NCBI GenBank assembly: GCA_016708315.1
Contig: JADJGC010000004.1
Span: forward strand, 74,159 to 138,158
From: a bacterium
GTDB lineage: Bacteria > Zixibacteria > MSB-5A5 > CAIYYT01
Direction of reading: 5' to 3'
Length of the DNA: 64,000 bases
Part shown: piece after piece, positions 51,550 through 62,572 of the stretch
How positions within the stretch are numbered: the stretch's first letter is position 1
Layout of the letters: each line of letters begins with the position of its first letter
The notes under the pieces: generated by a model
Told to the model about the DNA's origin: nothing
Seen by the model: the letters and a program-made list of their open reading frames with translations, nothing else
Databases searched by the model: none
Program-made: the position numbers and the translations under genes

Positions 51550-53427
51550 ATGGAGTTTCATACTGTGAAATACTCAAGACCGTTTGCATTGACCGTTGCG
51601 ACTATAGTGAACTGCATAGTGATTTGCTCTGCATCTGCAATCGCCGGTATCTTTACTGGCCACGTCTATGATGCCGCCACCGGTTGGCCGATCCCTTGTG
51701 CCGAGTTAATCGTTGGAAACAACTTCATTTCAAATGCAATCACTGTTACTACTGATTCTGCAGGCTATTATGTAACACCAACCATCGCTGATCTGACCGA
51801 CTACACCGTGCTCGCTTCGGCTCCAGGATATGAGTCTACAACTTTGCTGATGCAGACTCCACATGCCGGAACCAACGTCTTCTTGAACAGGCCTGATTCT
51901 GGATTTCTTGCGGAGACACTGAATCAAGGATTGGTGCACTACCAACTTAATGATGGCGCAAGTCACCGCGTTGGCAGTGATGTGACCGAATTTGATTTTC
52001 CCAACATTGACGCCGACAATGCGCTGATTGACTCACTGCTCGCTTCAATCGGCACCGATTCCGCGCCTACAGAAGTCGATTCCGTAATCTGGATGAAATG
52101 CTCGCTTGTCTGGGAGTGGTTACAGACGAATGCCCGATACATTAACTCCTACCCGGGCGATCCGGTGGTGCAAGCGGCATGGAATTACATGATGAGTTAC
52201 GATGACGGCTATCCATCAATCGAAGCTATTGCCGCCACCTATATCGAGTACGGGTTCATCGTCTGGGGAACATGCATGAGTCGCGCCCACATTCTTACGA
52301 CGATGCTCTACAAAGTCGGACTCTCGCGTGACCGCGTTGCTATCGCCGAAACTCGCTGGCAATTGCGCTACAGTCAACACATGTACTCAGTAGTTTGGCT
52401 GGCAAACCGGTGGCTTTATTTTGATCCTTCATCTATTGGAGCGACATTCCCGCCGTTCAGCGAGTTTCGTTCGGTCCCGACAGGAGCTTCCGGATACATG
52501 GACTACTGTCATCCCTATGAGTTGATGCTAATTCCCGGTTCAAGCATTTCGGCCGTTCCTGACATTATGAACCGCCAACACAACTCAGACAATGCGGTTA
52601 TCGCCGCGCCTCCGCAAGGTACTCACGTGATTACCGAAAACGTGATTGTTACCGGCGTTTCCGGAAATCCTATTATCATAGAGGTCACTCTCAACGGAGC
52701 AGTTATACCCGTGACCGACGGTTCATTCACCGCTGTTGTCCCCCTGTCAATTGGTACTAATCTGGTTGTGGCCACGGTCAAGGATAACGGCGTTCCGTTT
52801 TCCGACACGATAATCGTTGTCAGGACGAAGCCTGATTGTGATAGTGATGGAACTGTCGATCTTGATGATAACTGCCCAACAATCGCAAACCCGGATCAGC
52901 CGGACGAAAACGGTGACGGTGTCGGCGATCACTGTGACGGCAAAATTCACTGCTATCAGAATGCTCCGCCAGCCGGTTACCGGGGTGTGCCATACTCTTA
53001 CAAGATGACTTCGGTGGGTGGAACCCCACCATTAAGTTGGACTCACACAAGCGGCAATCTTCCACCCGGCTGCAAGTTTAATGGTGGCTCACTCGGAACA
53101 ATCACCGGCATTCCCAGCCAATCCGGGGAGTACAGTTTCGCTATTGCAGTCTTCGATTCACACATTCCAGCCAAATCCGACACGGTAAGCCTGACCATTC
53201 AAATCAACAACCCGCCGTTTGTTTGCGGCGATGCCGATGGCTCAAGCATCGTCACCATTTCCGACGCAGTCTATTTGATCAGCTACATCTTTGCGGGTGG
53301 ATCCGCTCCCGATCCACTGTTGTCGGGTGATGCAGATTGCAGCGATGCCATTACAATCTCAGATGCTGTGTACTTGATTAATTACATTTTCGGTGGTGGT
53401 ACGGCGCCGTGTTCGGCGTGTCCATAG
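51550..53427 (+). CDS. Secreted multidomain protein: carboxypeptidase-regulatory-like domain, transglutaminase-like cysteine protease core, thrombospondin type-3 Ca-binding repeats, and a tandem dockerin-like module ending CSACP
   Basis: Signal peptide. Candidate transglutaminase Cys-His-Asp triad positions GTCMSRAHIL / HMYSVVWL / YFDPS. TSP3 repeats DCDSDGTVDLDDNCPTIANPDQPDENGDGVGDHCD. C-terminal module GDADGSSIVTISDAVYLISYIFAGG...GDADCSDAITISDAVYLINYIFGGGTAPCSACP. Confidence 0.65.
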   Translation: MEFHTVKYSRPFALTVATIVNCIVICSASAIAGIFTGHVYDAATGWPIPCAELIVGNNFISNAITVTTDSAGYYVTPTIADLTDYTVLASAPGYESTTLLMQTPHAGTNVFLNRPDSGFLAETLNQGLVHYQLNDGASHRVGSDVTEFDFPNIDADNALIDSLLASIGTDSAPTEVDSVIWMKCSLVWEWLQTNARYINSYPGDPVVQAAWNYMMSYDDGYPSIEAIAATYIEYGFIVWGTCMSRAHILTTMLYKVGLSRDRVAIAETRWQLRYSQHMYSVVWLANRWLYFDPSSIGATFPPFSEFRSVPTGASGYMDYCHPYELMLIPGSSISAVPDIMNRQHNSDNAVIAAPPQGTHVITENVIVTGVSGNPIIIEVTLNGAVIPVTDGSFTAVVPLSIGTNLVVATVKDNGVPFSDTIIVVRTKPDCDSDGTVDLDDNCPTIANPDQPDENGDGVGDHCDGKIHCYQNAPPAGYRGVPYSYKMTSVGGTPPLSWTHTSGNLPPGCKFNGGSLGTITGIPSQSGEYSFAIAVFDSHIPAKSDTVSLTIQINNPPFVCGDADGSSIVTISDAVYLISYIFAGGSAPDPLLSGDADCSDAITISDAVYLINYIFGGGTAPCSACP

Positions 53428-53469
53428 AATGGATAGTTATTCAGACGAAGAAACCAAGGATACTGGCGA

Positions 53470-54861
53470 CTATTTTCCGATACAGAATCGACTGAAGATC
53501 TCTGATAGCAGGTCATCATTAGTGACCTTGCCGAGAATCTCTTCCAGTGCTTCCACTGACTGATGCAAATCAAAAGCCAGCAATTCGAAACTCTCTTCTT
53601 GTTCAAGCTTCTGCCGCACACTGCGAAGTGAGTCGATAGCGAGAAGGATCGCACGGTAATGCCGTTGATTTGTAATGATGTTGTCACCGCTTGTGATAGC
53701 AGACGATGAGGAAGCAATGACATCGCCTACTCTCTTCAAGAGAATATCGATGCCTTTCAGTTCTTTAGCAGAGACAACGATAGGGTCGGCACTGTCTAGT
53801 TCAGACTGCAGGTCAGCAATCTGAAATCCGGTCAAGAGATCGATCTTGTTGAGAACGAGAACGATTTGGCGCTCCGGAAGCTTGGAAAGAAATTCGCGAA
53901 TTTCCGTGACTGTCGCCTTGGTGGCATCAAAGACGGCAACTACGATGCCCGCCGCTTCAATCTCCCGTTTTGACCGCTCAACTCCCGCCGCTTCAATGTG
54001 ATCGTCAGTCTCGCGCATTCCTGCGGTATCAACAAAACGAACTACAATGCCATTGATGTCGATTTTCTCAGCAATTGTGTCGCGCGTCGTTCCGGGTGTC
54101 TCGGTTACTATTGCGCGTTCTTCGGCAAGTATGGCATTGAACAGCGACGACTTCCCGGCATTGGGCGGTCCGACAATCGGAACCTGCATTCCCGAACGTA
54201 AAACCTCGCCATGCTGGAAACTGTCCGCCAAGCGCGACAATTTTCCGGCAATGCCATCGATCTTGTTAAGCAATTCAGATTTCTCTTCGCGAGGAATATC
54301 TTCGTCTGGGAAGTCAGTGTAGGCTTCAAAAAGTGCGCCGATTTCGACCAGCTCATTGCGGAGATTGCCGATGTACTCCGAGAGCCTCCCCGAAAGTTGA
54401 TAGACCGCAGCCTGCTGAAATGCCGTTCCCTCCGCTGCAATCAGATCCGCCACGGCTTCTGCCTGAAGCAAGTCTATCCGGCCAGTCTGGAATGCCCGCA
54501 GTGTAAACTCACCGGGCGTAGCCTGGCGCGCGCCGGCATTGACCGCCATCTCGACAATTTGCTTGAGGATTTGCGGGTTTCCGTGTGCTGAAATTTCGAC
54601 GACGTTTTCACCCGTGTAGCTATTGGGCGCTATGAAGACTGCCAAAAGAACTTCGTCGGTGAAGGTCCGGCGGAGCGAGCCTTTGATGTAGCTGTGATGT
54701 ATTGTATGTGACTTGACTTCGCGAAAATCACGCTGCTCGTTTACCAACTGATTGGCAATTTCGAACGCATGATTTCCCGAGATGCGAATGACTCCTATAC
54801 CGCCATAGCCCGGAGGAGTCGAGATCGCGACGATTGTCTCGTCGCTGTCCGGGAGCCTCAT
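53470..54861 (-). CDS. mnmE: tRNA modification GTPase MnmE (TrmE)
   Basis: G-domain GPPNAGKSSLFNAIL and the C-terminal CIGK motif. Confidence 0.9.
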   Translation of the reverse strand: MRLPDSDETIVAISTPPGYGGIGVIRISGNHAFEIANQLVNEQRDFREVKSHTIHHSYIKGSLRRTFTDEVLLAVFIAPNSYTGENVVEISAHGNPQILKQIVEMAVNAGARQATPGEFTLRAFQTGRIDLLQAEAVADLIAAEGTAFQQAAVYQLSGRLSEYIGNLRNELVEIGALFEAYTDFPDEDIPREEKSELLNKIDGIAGKLSRLADSFQHGEVLRSGMQVPIVGPPNAGKSSLFNAILAEERAIVTETPGTTRDTIAEKIDINGIVVRFVDTAGMRETDDHIEAAGVERSKREIEAAGIVVAVFDATKATVTEIREFLSKLPERQIVLVLNKIDLLTGFQIADLQSELDSADPIVVSAKELKGIDILLKRVGDVIASSSSAITSGDNIITNQRHYRAILLAIDSLRSVRQKLEQEESFELLAFDLHQSVEALEEILGKVTNDDLLSEIFSRFCIGK

Positions 54862-56519
54862 TTTACCTGTGGATTAAGCGTCTGCAGGTCATTGCGCTTA
54901 ATCAACAACTGCTCGCCGATCGAGAGTATCGAGTACATTGACCAGTACAATACCAATCCAACCGGAAGTCCCTTCATGAAGAAGAAGAACATCACCGGCA
55001 TCAAGTACACCAGCATCTTCTGCTTGGGATCGGTGATCGACATCTTCTGTTGGAAGAACATCGCCAGAGTCATGATAATCGGCATGATATAGGGGAACGG
55101 ATCCGGCTGTGATAGATCGGGCCACAGTCCGATGAAATACGCCTGACGGAATTCGATCGTCGAGCTAAAAACGGTATAAAAACCATAAAGCAGAGGCATC
55201 TGCGGCAAGAGCAGAAGGCATCCGCTGAACGGGTTCACGCCCTCTTCCTTGTAGAGCTTCATGATCGACTGATTTAGTTTCTGCGGATCACTCTTATACT
55301 TGGCCTTAAGCTCTTCCATCTTCGGCGCCAGATTCTTCATTGCCGCCATCGATTTCAGAGACTTGCGGGTCAGCGGGAATGTAACCAACTTGATAAGTAT
55401 TGAGATGACGATAATCACGACACCATAGTTAGGAATGAACTTGTGCAGCTGAACCGTAAGCCAGAAGATTGCGTGCGAGAACGGCTTGATAATCTTCCAT
55501 CCCCAGTTCATCAAGTCTTCGAGATTGGTATTGTAGTGCTTTAGCACATCGTATTCCAGCGGTCCAACGAACAACTTGAATTTGTTCTCGATACTGAGGT
55601 TCGCACCGGAAGGCATAATGATACCGGTTGAGATAACCCGTTCATTGTAACTGCCATCGACTCCCACTCTGGTTTTCTCGGTGCCGCGGAAGTAGGCGCC
55701 ATTGCTGGTATGATTATCGGGGATTATTGCATAAGCAAAGTACTTCGAGCGGGAAGCAACCCACTCGGCATTGCCGGTGATATCGCGCACCATCTTGCCG
55801 TTTTCGAATGAATCATCGGTCTGCAGCTCGCCGGCCATATATGCCGCCGACTTGTAATTCGAGAAGTCATCGCTGATATTTTTCTCGGTGGCAGGAATTC
55901 CTGGCATCCAGCTCAACACATATTCCTTATCGAGGCCGAGTTGCTGCACACCATTGATTTTCAGTACCAAGTCAAAGTCGTATTTGTCCGCATAAAAAGT
56001 GAACTGCTTGACGATTTCGCCGCGATTTGGAATTTGCGCGGTAAACGTCACAATCTGGCTCCCGGTACCGCCGGCCAGATTGACATCTTGATCGTTGGAA
56101 GTAAACGAAATTGCGTGATCTGTGAATCCGCTGATAGCCGACATCACCGTAGGAACCGGCTGCGCGTCAACTGGAAGCATCTCCAAGAGTTTGCCGTCGG
56201 TGTATTTGTATTCCTTCAGGGTGAGCTTGCTTATACCTGCACCCTTGTTGGTCAAGACAGCTGAATAGTATTTCGTCTCGACGCTGATCAACTTTTCGGG
56301 AATCGAATCAAGCGAAACAACTGCGCTATCCATAACGGGCATCGATTCAGGCGCCGTCGCTGGTGCAACTGCTGAATTCTCGGGCATCGACTGCGCCAAT
56401 GAATCGGCAGTGATCCCGGCAGGCTGAGGCGGTCTCGGTGCGGGCTGATTGAAAAATTGCCAACCGACAAAGATGAGAAATATCAGTACGATGGCGATGA
56501 GTGTATTGCGATCAAACAT
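54858..56519 (-). CDS. yidC: Membrane protein insertase YidC
   Basis: 553 aa. An N-terminal TM helix, a periplasmic domain, and a C-terminal 5-TM core. Confidence 0.9.
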   Translation of the reverse strand: MFDRNTLIAIVLIFLIFVGWQFFNQPAPRPPQPAGITADSLAQSMPENSAVAPATAPESMPVMDSAVVSLDSIPEKLISVETKYYSAVLTNKGAGISKLTLKEYKYTDGKLLEMLPVDAQPVPTVMSAISGFTDHAISFTSNDQDVNLAGGTGSQIVTFTAQIPNRGEIVKQFTFYADKYDFDLVLKINGVQQLGLDKEYVLSWMPGIPATEKNISDDFSNYKSAAYMAGELQTDDSFENGKMVRDITGNAEWVASRSKYFAYAIIPDNHTSNGAYFRGTEKTRVGVDGSYNERVISTGIIMPSGANLSIENKFKLFVGPLEYDVLKHYNTNLEDLMNWGWKIIKPFSHAIFWLTVQLHKFIPNYGVVIIVISILIKLVTFPLTRKSLKSMAAMKNLAPKMEELKAKYKSDPQKLNQSIMKLYKEEGVNPFSGCLLLLPQMPLLYGFYTVFSSTIEFRQAYFIGLWPDLSQPDPFPYIMPIIMTLAMFFQQKMSITDPKQKMLVYLMPVMFFFFMKGLPVGLVLYWSMYSILSIGEQLLIKRNDLQTLNPQVK

Positions 56520-56526
56520 TTATCAA

Positions 56527-56748
56527 TTACTCCACTGGGTCATACCCGCCTGGATGCAGCGGATGGCAACGGCCGATGCGCTTGAAGCTCAACATCGTGC
56601 CTTTTAGAAATCCGTAACGTTCAAGCGCCTCAAGCGAGTAAGCCGAACAGGACGGATAAAAACGACATACTTTGGGCAATAAGGGGGAAAGTACTATCTG
56701 ATAGACTCGAACTAAGACCGCGACGATTTGCGCTAACAGCTTATTCAT
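56527..56748 (-). CDS. yidD: Membrane protein insertion efficiency factor YidD
   Basis: 73 aa. Sequence [10 protein letters not shown]...[19 protein letters not shown]. Confidence 0.85.
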   Translation of the reverse strand: MNKLLAQIVAVLVRVYQIVLSPLLPKVCRFYPSCSAYSLEALERYGFLKGTMLSFKRIGRCHPLHPGGYDPVE

Positions 56749-57082
56749 TTGTCAGCAACTGCTCCAACTGCGCGGATACCTGGTTAAACCCCAGATCAAC
56801 AGCGGTCTGTTTTGCGGAAAGGACAATAGCGGAATCAACTGGCCACAGTTCCTTGTGTGTACGCACATACTCCCGCATCAGACGACGGACTCGATTGCGG
56901 GTTGGCGCATTACCAAGTCGCTTCGGAACACGAAAACACCAACGGCTTGATACCCCCGGTGTTGGAAAGCGATGCATTCCTATATGCTCGCCTTCGCGAC
57001 GATCTCCTGAACGCAGTGCCTGTCGGATAAGCATGCCATCCGACAGACGACAGCTCTTGCCAAAACTATGATCTTTCGTCAG
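56741..57082 (-). CDS. rnpA: RNase P protein component
   Basis: Conserved ...[15 protein letters not shown]... and basic RNR motif region ([16 protein letters not shown]). The start is uncertain: a CTG near 57082, and the ORF upstream of this overlaps rpmH. Confidence 0.7.
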   Translation of the reverse strand: MTKDHSFGKSCRLSDGMLIRQALRSGDRREGEHIGMHRFPTPGVSSRWCFRVPKRLGNAPTRNRVRRLMREYVRTHKELWPVDSAIVLSAKQTAVDLGFNQVSAQLEQLLTNE

Positions 57083-57215
57083 ATACGGTAAGTTTATGTC
57101 TGCCTTTGCGGCGTCTTCTCGACAGAACGGCCCGGCCATCCTTGGTCTTCATTCTCTCACGAAAACCGTGATCGTTCTTCCGTTTCCGCTTCGAGGGCTG
57201 ATATGTTCTCTTCAT
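57066..57215 (-). CDS. rpmH: 50S ribosomal protein L34
   Basis: Not in the ORF track because it is under 60 aa. Sequence [49 protein letters not shown], with AGGAG 6 nt upstream of the ATG at 57215. Confidence 0.85.
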   Translation of the reverse strand: MKRTYQPSKRKRKNDHGFRERMKTKDGRAVLSRRRRKGRHKLTVSDERS

Positions 57216-57451
57216 TTCTCTCCTAAGCTATTAACCCAATTAGCTGATTATTTTACATCTCCGGCAAGGCTATGTCAAGGGATTATTGCTTGCTTGGCTA
57301 CCCGTTAGCCTCTGCCGGACTCTGATACCTGTGAATCCCCGCCTTTGCTTCCAAGGATACGGGAAATTCGGAAATCTTTGTATCTTTGAGCCAATAACAA
57401 ATAAACTAAGCCGTTGATGTGAAATCGGTTACGGCTATGCATTTGCTCAGA

Positions 57452-57997
57452 CTATTTGATTCTCTTTGGGGTCTTCCGCAACATCCGCAAGATCGATTCT
57501 TCCGATGTCCGCTCCAAAACCTCTGCCGCAGTTAGCCAACGCAGATCGTGCGATTCATCGCTGATTATCAGCGGGACCGTGTCGTCGGCTTCACAGATAA
57601 AACGGACATCATAATGAAAATGTTCCGGTACCCCTTTGTGCCCAGGAATTCGATGTATATCAAGATCATATATCTGATCTGACAGCGGTTCAACTCGATA
57701 TATGCCCGATTCTTCCCGCGCCTCGCCAAGTGCGACCTCAAGGACACTCGGGTTGCCGTCGGCGTGACCGCCAAGCTGTAACCACAGCTCCAGCTTCTTG
57801 TGGAAGGTCAGAAGGAAACGATCGCGCGCGGGATTCACTATCCATGCTGATCCCGTGATGTGCCCAATTTCGAGAGAGCGTTCGAAGCAGTTCGGATTAG
57901 TCTTGATGAATTCTATGAATTGGTCGCGGCAGTTGCTATCGCGTGGATCGCGAGGAATGAAGTTTGCCAACTTATCCAAGATGTCTCGTCTGTGCAT
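57452..57997 (-). CDS. NUDIX hydrolase
   Basis: Nudix box GGHADGNPSVLEVALGEAREESGI. Confidence 0.8.
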   Translation of the reverse strand: MHRRDILDKLANFIPRDPRDSNCRDQFIEFIKTNPNCFERSLEIGHITGSAWIVNPARDRFLLTFHKKLELWLQLGGHADGNPSVLEVALGEAREESGIYRVEPLSDQIYDLDIHRIPGHKGVPEHFHYDVRFICEADDTVPLIISDESHDLRWLTAAEVLERTSEESILRMLRKTPKRIK

Positions 57998-58048
57998 GAT
58001 GGATTCTACACAGTCAAGGCGATCTATGCAAGAGCGATGCGCTTGGCG

Positions 58049-58867
58049 CTAACCCAAGGCTACGTCAAGAATCATCATAACTGTGAATCCAACCATGACC
58101 CCCATTGTTGCGACGTGAGAATGTCCCGAAGTCTGCGACTCCGGAACCAGTTCCTCAACGACCACGAATATCATCGCTCCCGCTGCAAACGAAAGTGCAT
58201 ACGGCAGAATCGGTTTGGCGGCAATTACCAGCGCCGCACCCAACATACCGGCAATCGGCTCGACGATTCCCGACAGTTGTCCGTACCAGAAGGCTTTGAA
58301 TCGCGAAACTCCCACTCGCCGAAGTGGCATCGAGACTGCGAGCCCTTCCGGAAAATTCTGGATTCCGATGCCCAGCGCCAATGCGATCGCTCCCGCCAAG
58401 TTCGCCGACGGCAAGTCAGCCGCGACTGCGCCAAATGCCACTCCCACAGCCAGGCCCTCGGGGATGTTATGCAACGTAATCGCCAACACCAACAGCGTGC
58501 TTCGATGCCACGCGGTTCTGATACCTTCAGCGTGCAGTCCGCTTTCTGTCATATGTAAATGCGGAAGCACCAGGTCCAGACCGCGCAGAAAGGCAGCACC
58601 AAGGAGAAATCCGACTGCGGCAGGTACCCATGCCGGTACCGGACCGTTTTCCGACATGTCGATTGCCGGCGCCAACAGCGACCAGTAGCTGGCGGCTATC
58701 ATCACTCCCGCTGCGAAGCCGAGCATCATGTCCAGCGCTCTTCGGCTGACCTCTTTGCTGAGGAAGACCCCGGCGGCACCGAGTGCCGTGAGCCCCCAGG
58801 TAAAGCAAGTCGCTAAGAGCGCCTGAATCACCGGGCTAAGATTGACAAACCACTCACCAAGAATCAT
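58049..58867 (-). CDS. ZIP-family divalent metal (zinc) transporter
   Basis: [13 protein letters not shown] and [11 protein letters not shown]. About 8 TM segments. Confidence 0.8.
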   Translation of the reverse strand: MILGEWFVNLSPVIQALLATCFTWGLTALGAAGVFLSKEVSRRALDMMLGFAAGVMIAASYWSLLAPAIDMSENGPVPAWVPAAVGFLLGAAFLRGLDLVLPHLHMTESGLHAEGIRTAWHRSTLLVLAITLHNIPEGLAVGVAFGAVAADLPSANLAGAIALALGIGIQNFPEGLAVSMPLRRVGVSRFKAFWYGQLSGIVEPIAGMLGAALVIAAKPILPYALSFAAGAMIFVVVEELVPESQTSGHSHVATMGVMVGFTVMMILDVALG

Positions 58868-59002
58868 AGGGCTGAATAGACATCAATGTAGATGTTAAGT
58901 GCAAGGCAAAACTATGGCGACAAAGACTTCGATTCTCACTTGACACCGGCGGGTACAATGTATCATCTAAGTCTGACAATTATTCGAGACTACCTGGAGG
59001 AA

Positions 59003-60691
59003 ATGGTGATCAACAAATTGAAACTACGAAGCAGCCTGACATACGCATGTCTCTCATTAGCATTGATACTAATAGCAGCAAGTTCGTTAGCAAGCCCTGC
59101 TGGAACTGAGACACAGTATCGCCAATACCTAGAAGCGGCCGAAAAGGTTCAAAACTTCACCGGCGTCGCGATGGTCGCGCGCGAAGGCAACATCATCTGG
59201 GCGCAAGGTGTCGGACGGGCTGACTTTGAGTCGGACCGCGTCAATTTCGTAGATACCAAGCTCGCCATTGGTTCTGTCACCAAGCAGTTTACCGCAGCTG
59301 CAATCATGCGGCTCCATGAAGATGGGAAGCTCGGACTCGATGATCCGATCTCCAAGTACTTTCCCGACTATCCGGAAGAGGCCGCAAACAAGGTCACTAT
59401 CCGGCACCTTTTGACGCACACTTCCGGCGTTGTCAATTTCACGAATCTGCCTGTCTATTTGCAGTGGAAAGAGAAGGATATTCCGCTGGATGTTCAGATC
59501 AATGCGATCTCCACACTGCCTCTCGAGTTCGAGCCCGGCACAAAATTCAGCTACAGCAATTCCGGATACAAGCTTCTTGAAGCAATCATTAACCAAGTGT
59601 CCGGCAAGCCGTGGCATGTTTATGTCGCAGAGAACATCCTTGCGCCTGCGGGTATGTCGAATTCTGGTTACGACCTGATGACTGTCGACGAGAAGGATCG
59701 CGCACTCGGCTACCTGTTCGACGACAACGGCAAACCCAAACGCACGGAGTTGCCGGTTGCAAGTACGCCGGGCGGCGCCGGCGCTCTCTACAGCACCGTC
59801 GGGGACCTAGCCAAGTGGGACGAAGCGCTGCGCGGCGAGAAGTTTCTCAAGCGCGCATCACTCGAGGCCATGTTCACTCCATTTGTCGATCACTATGGCT
59901 TCGGCTTCATGATCGACTCTGTGGCGGGATATCAACGCATTTGGCACGATGGCATGGTCGATGGTTTCCGCAGTATGTTCATTCGAATTCCGCATGAGAA
60001 GCTTTGTATTGCCGTACTCGCCAACAACCATACACTCGATGCCAGTCGGGTGGCAAATCACTTAATGGCAATAGCACTGGGACTGCCTTACGATGTGCCT
60101 GTTAATAAGACCCCAGCTCCTGTTGACACAGCCAGTTATCAGGATTATGTCGGCGCATACGATCTTGGCAACGGCCAGTATCGCATGATCACCTCCGAAA
60201 ACGGCAAACTCTATTCACAACGATCTGGTGGAACGCAGTCTCAGATTTACCCCGAGTCTCCGGACAAGTTCTACTATGAACAAAACCACGCGACAACTGT
60301 CACGTTCGTTCGTGATGATGCCGGCAAGGTGGTCGCCCACTCAATCCATCAGGAAGGTACCGACTTGCGGCACGAAAAGATGACTGCGGGACAAACAGCA
60401 GCGATTCTTGCCAAAACCGCTGCCATCAAAGTTGACCCGGCAATCTTTGACCGATACGTCGGCGAGTATCAGTTATCGCCGGTTTTTTCCATTACGATCG
60501 AACGCAAAGAAGATCGCATCTTTGCGCAAGCCACGGGTCAGCAGCAATTCGAGATCTTCCCGAAATCAGAAACGCGGTACTTCCTCAAGGTTGTTGATGC
60601 TGATATTGAGTTTGTGATGGGTGCTGACGGCAAAGCGGAAAGCCTGATTCTTTTCCAGGCGGGCATGGAGCAAAAAGCGATCAAGAAGTAA
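59003..60691 (+). CDS. Secreted serine hydrolase of the beta-lactamase/PBP4* family with a C-terminal extra domain
   Basis: SxxK motif LAIGSVTKQFTAAAI and a YSN-like motif YSNSGYKLL. Start taken at the ATG at 59003 (MVINKLKLRSSLTYACLSLALI signal peptide); the ORF is open from 58892. Confidence 0.7.
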   Translation: MVINKLKLRSSLTYACLSLALILIAASSLASPAGTETQYRQYLEAAEKVQNFTGVAMVAREGNIIWAQGVGRADFESDRVNFVDTKLAIGSVTKQFTAAAIMRLHEDGKLGLDDPISKYFPDYPEEAANKVTIRHLLTHTSGVVNFTNLPVYLQWKEKDIPLDVQINAISTLPLEFEPGTKFSYSNSGYKLLEAIINQVSGKPWHVYVAENILAPAGMSNSGYDLMTVDEKDRALGYLFDDNGKPKRTELPVASTPGGAGALYSTVGDLAKWDEALRGEKFLKRASLEAMFTPFVDHYGFGFMIDSVAGYQRIWHDGMVDGFRSMFIRIPHEKLCIAVLANNHTLDASRVANHLMAIALGLPYDVPVNKTPAPVDTASYQDYVGAYDLGNGQYRMITSENGKLYSQRSGGTQSQIYPESPDKFYYEQNHATTVTFVRDDAGKVVAHSIHQEGTDLRHEKMTAGQTAAILAKTAAIKVDPAIFDRYVGEYQLSPVFSITIERKEDRIFAQATGQQQFEIFPKSETRYFLKVVDADIEFVMGADGKAESLILFQAGMEQKAIKK

Positions 60692-60697
60692 AGAAAG

Positions 60698-60727
60698 AGC
60701 CCGTCGCACATTGTCGTGCGACGGGCT
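60698..60727. terminator. Bidirectional hairpin terminator between convergent genes
   Basis: agcccgtcgcac attgtc gtgcgacgggct, a 12-bp perfect stem. Confidence 0.55.
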
Positions 60728-60749
60728 TCAATCTGCTATCCAAAGAGAA

Positions 60750-61532
60750 TTACTTCCCTGTAAACTTCGCGTCGCGTTTTTCGAGAAACGCGCCAAGTCC
60801 TTCATTCTTATCGTCTGTCGCACACAGTGCGGCAAAAGCCTGAATTTCGAATGCATTCGCATTCGCAAGATCAACTTCGCCGCCGCGATTGATCAGCTCC
60901 TTGGCATACTGCACGCCAAGGGGGCTCTTCGACAGGATTGTATCAGCCAACTTGTTGGCCTCCGCAATCAGTTGGTCTGCAGGAAAGACGAACTCCACCA
61001 GCCCAATGCGCAATGCCTCGTCAGCTTTTATGATCCGTGCAGTGAATGTCAACTCCTTGGCGCGTCCCTTGCCAACCAAGCGAGTCAATCTCTGCGTCCC
61101 GCCGAATCCCGGTATGATACCGAGATTGACTTCCGGCTGACCCATCTTGGCAGTCTCTGAGGCAACACGAATATCGGTCGCCATGATGAACTCGCAGCCG
61201 CCGCCCAGCGCGAAGCCATTGACGGCACTGATCGAGACAATCTTGGAATTCTCGATTTGTGCGAAAACTGAATGACCGGTTTCGACAAACGTTTTGCCCG
61301 TTACGACATCGAGTGTCTTAAGCTCGCCAATGTCGGCGCCGGCAATAAACGCTTTCTCGCCCGCACCGGTGAAGATCACCACTCGGACCTCGCCGCCATT
61401 TTCCATTTCCGTGAACGCTTGCTTGACTTCCAGAAGCGTTTCGGTGTTTAGCGCGTTAAGCGCCTTGGGGCGATTGAGCGTAATTGTCGCTTTCGCACCT
61501 TGAACTTCAACAATGATATTATTGTAAGCCAT
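60750..61532 (-). CDS. Enoyl-CoA hydratase (crotonase)
   Basis: 260 aa. Crotonase-fold motifs ...FIAGADIGEL... and GGGCEFIMATDIRVAS. Confidence 0.85.
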   Translation of the reverse strand: MAYNNIIVEVQGAKATITLNRPKALNALNTETLLEVKQAFTEMENGGEVRVVIFTGAGEKAFIAGADIGELKTLDVVTGKTFVETGHSVFAQIENSKIVSISAVNGFALGGGCEFIMATDIRVASETAKMGQPEVNLGIIPGFGGTQRLTRLVGKGRAKELTFTARIIKADEALRIGLVEFVFPADQLIAEANKLADTILSKSPLGVQYAKELINRGGEVDLANANAFEIQAFAALCATDDKNEGLGAFLEKRDAKFTGK

Positions 61533-61541
61533 CTTATCTCC

Positions 61542-62426
61542 TTACTTCTTTGCGTAATCGTAGAATCCGCGTCCCGATTTGCGGCCAAGATACCCCGCCT
61601 TGACCATACGCTTAAGCAGCGGCGGAGCGGCATAGTGCGGCTGGCGGAACTCTTCGAACATAATCTCGCCGATGTACATAATCGTATCCAACCCGATGAA
61701 GTCGGTCAACTCCAACGGTCCCATCGGATGCGCACAACCGAGCTTCATTGCGTTGTCAATTTCTTCTTTGGTCGCCAGTCCGTGTTCGTACCAGCGAATC
61801 GCATCGATCAGGTAGGGCACAAGCAGGAGATTGACGACGAATCCGCAAGAATCCTTGGCTCGGACGACGACTTTACCGACCGACTCAGCAAATGCAATAG
61901 CATCCTTGAATGTCGTCTCGTCCGTCATCACCGTGTGTACGACTTCGACCAGCTTCATCACCGGAACTGGATTGAAGAAGTGCAGTCCGACAAACTTGCT
62001 GCGTCTTGAAGTTTCAACCGCCATGTCGGTAATCGACAGGGACGACGTATTGGAAGCAAAGATCGTCTCCGGCTTGCAGGCTTTGTCCAGTGCCTTGAAG
62101 ATCGGAATCTTCACTTCAAGATTCTCAGTAACCGCTTCGATTACCAAGTCACAGTCAGCCAGATCTTCCAACTTGGTTGTCGTCGAGATATTGCCAAGAA
62201 TCTTCGCTTTGTCATCTGCCGTAGCTTTGCCTTTTTCGATGGCCTTATCGAGCAGCTTCTCGATTCCCTTCAGACCCTTCTGGAGCAGTTCTTCCTTTTC
62301 TTCGCGCGCAACGACCTTATAGCCGGCGGCAGCAGTAACCTGGGCAATGCCGGAGCCCATCTGCCCGAACCCCACGATTCCGATTTTCTTAAAACTCACG
62401 ATTCCCTCCTGAACGGGATATATCAA
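61542..62426 (-). CDS. hbd: 3-hydroxybutyryl-CoA dehydrogenase
   Basis: N-terminal IGIVGFGQMGSGIA Rossmann motif and 3HCDH N- and C-domains. Confidence 0.85.
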   Translation of the reverse strand: MIYPVQEGIVSFKKIGIVGFGQMGSGIAQVTAAAGYKVVAREEKEELLQKGLKGIEKLLDKAIEKGKATADDKAKILGNISTTTKLEDLADCDLVIEAVTENLEVKIPIFKALDKACKPETIFASNTSSLSITDMAVETSRRSKFVGLHFFNPVPVMKLVEVVHTVMTDETTFKDAIAFAESVGKVVVRAKDSCGFVVNLLLVPYLIDAIRWYEHGLATKEEIDNAMKLGCAHPMGPLELTDFIGLDTIMYIGEIMFEEFRQPHYAAPPLLKRMVKAGYLGRKSGRGFYDYAKK

Positions 62427-62572
62427 TTCTTAAATGCAAGTTAGCTCGATCCGACATTAAGTCGCCCGATGTATTCCAGAATAGATGACTACTTAATCCA
62501 AGTCAAGCCGCTCAAACGACATTTCCGGTCGATTTTGTGACTACCGCTTAGAAAAGTTGACTTGACAGCAGA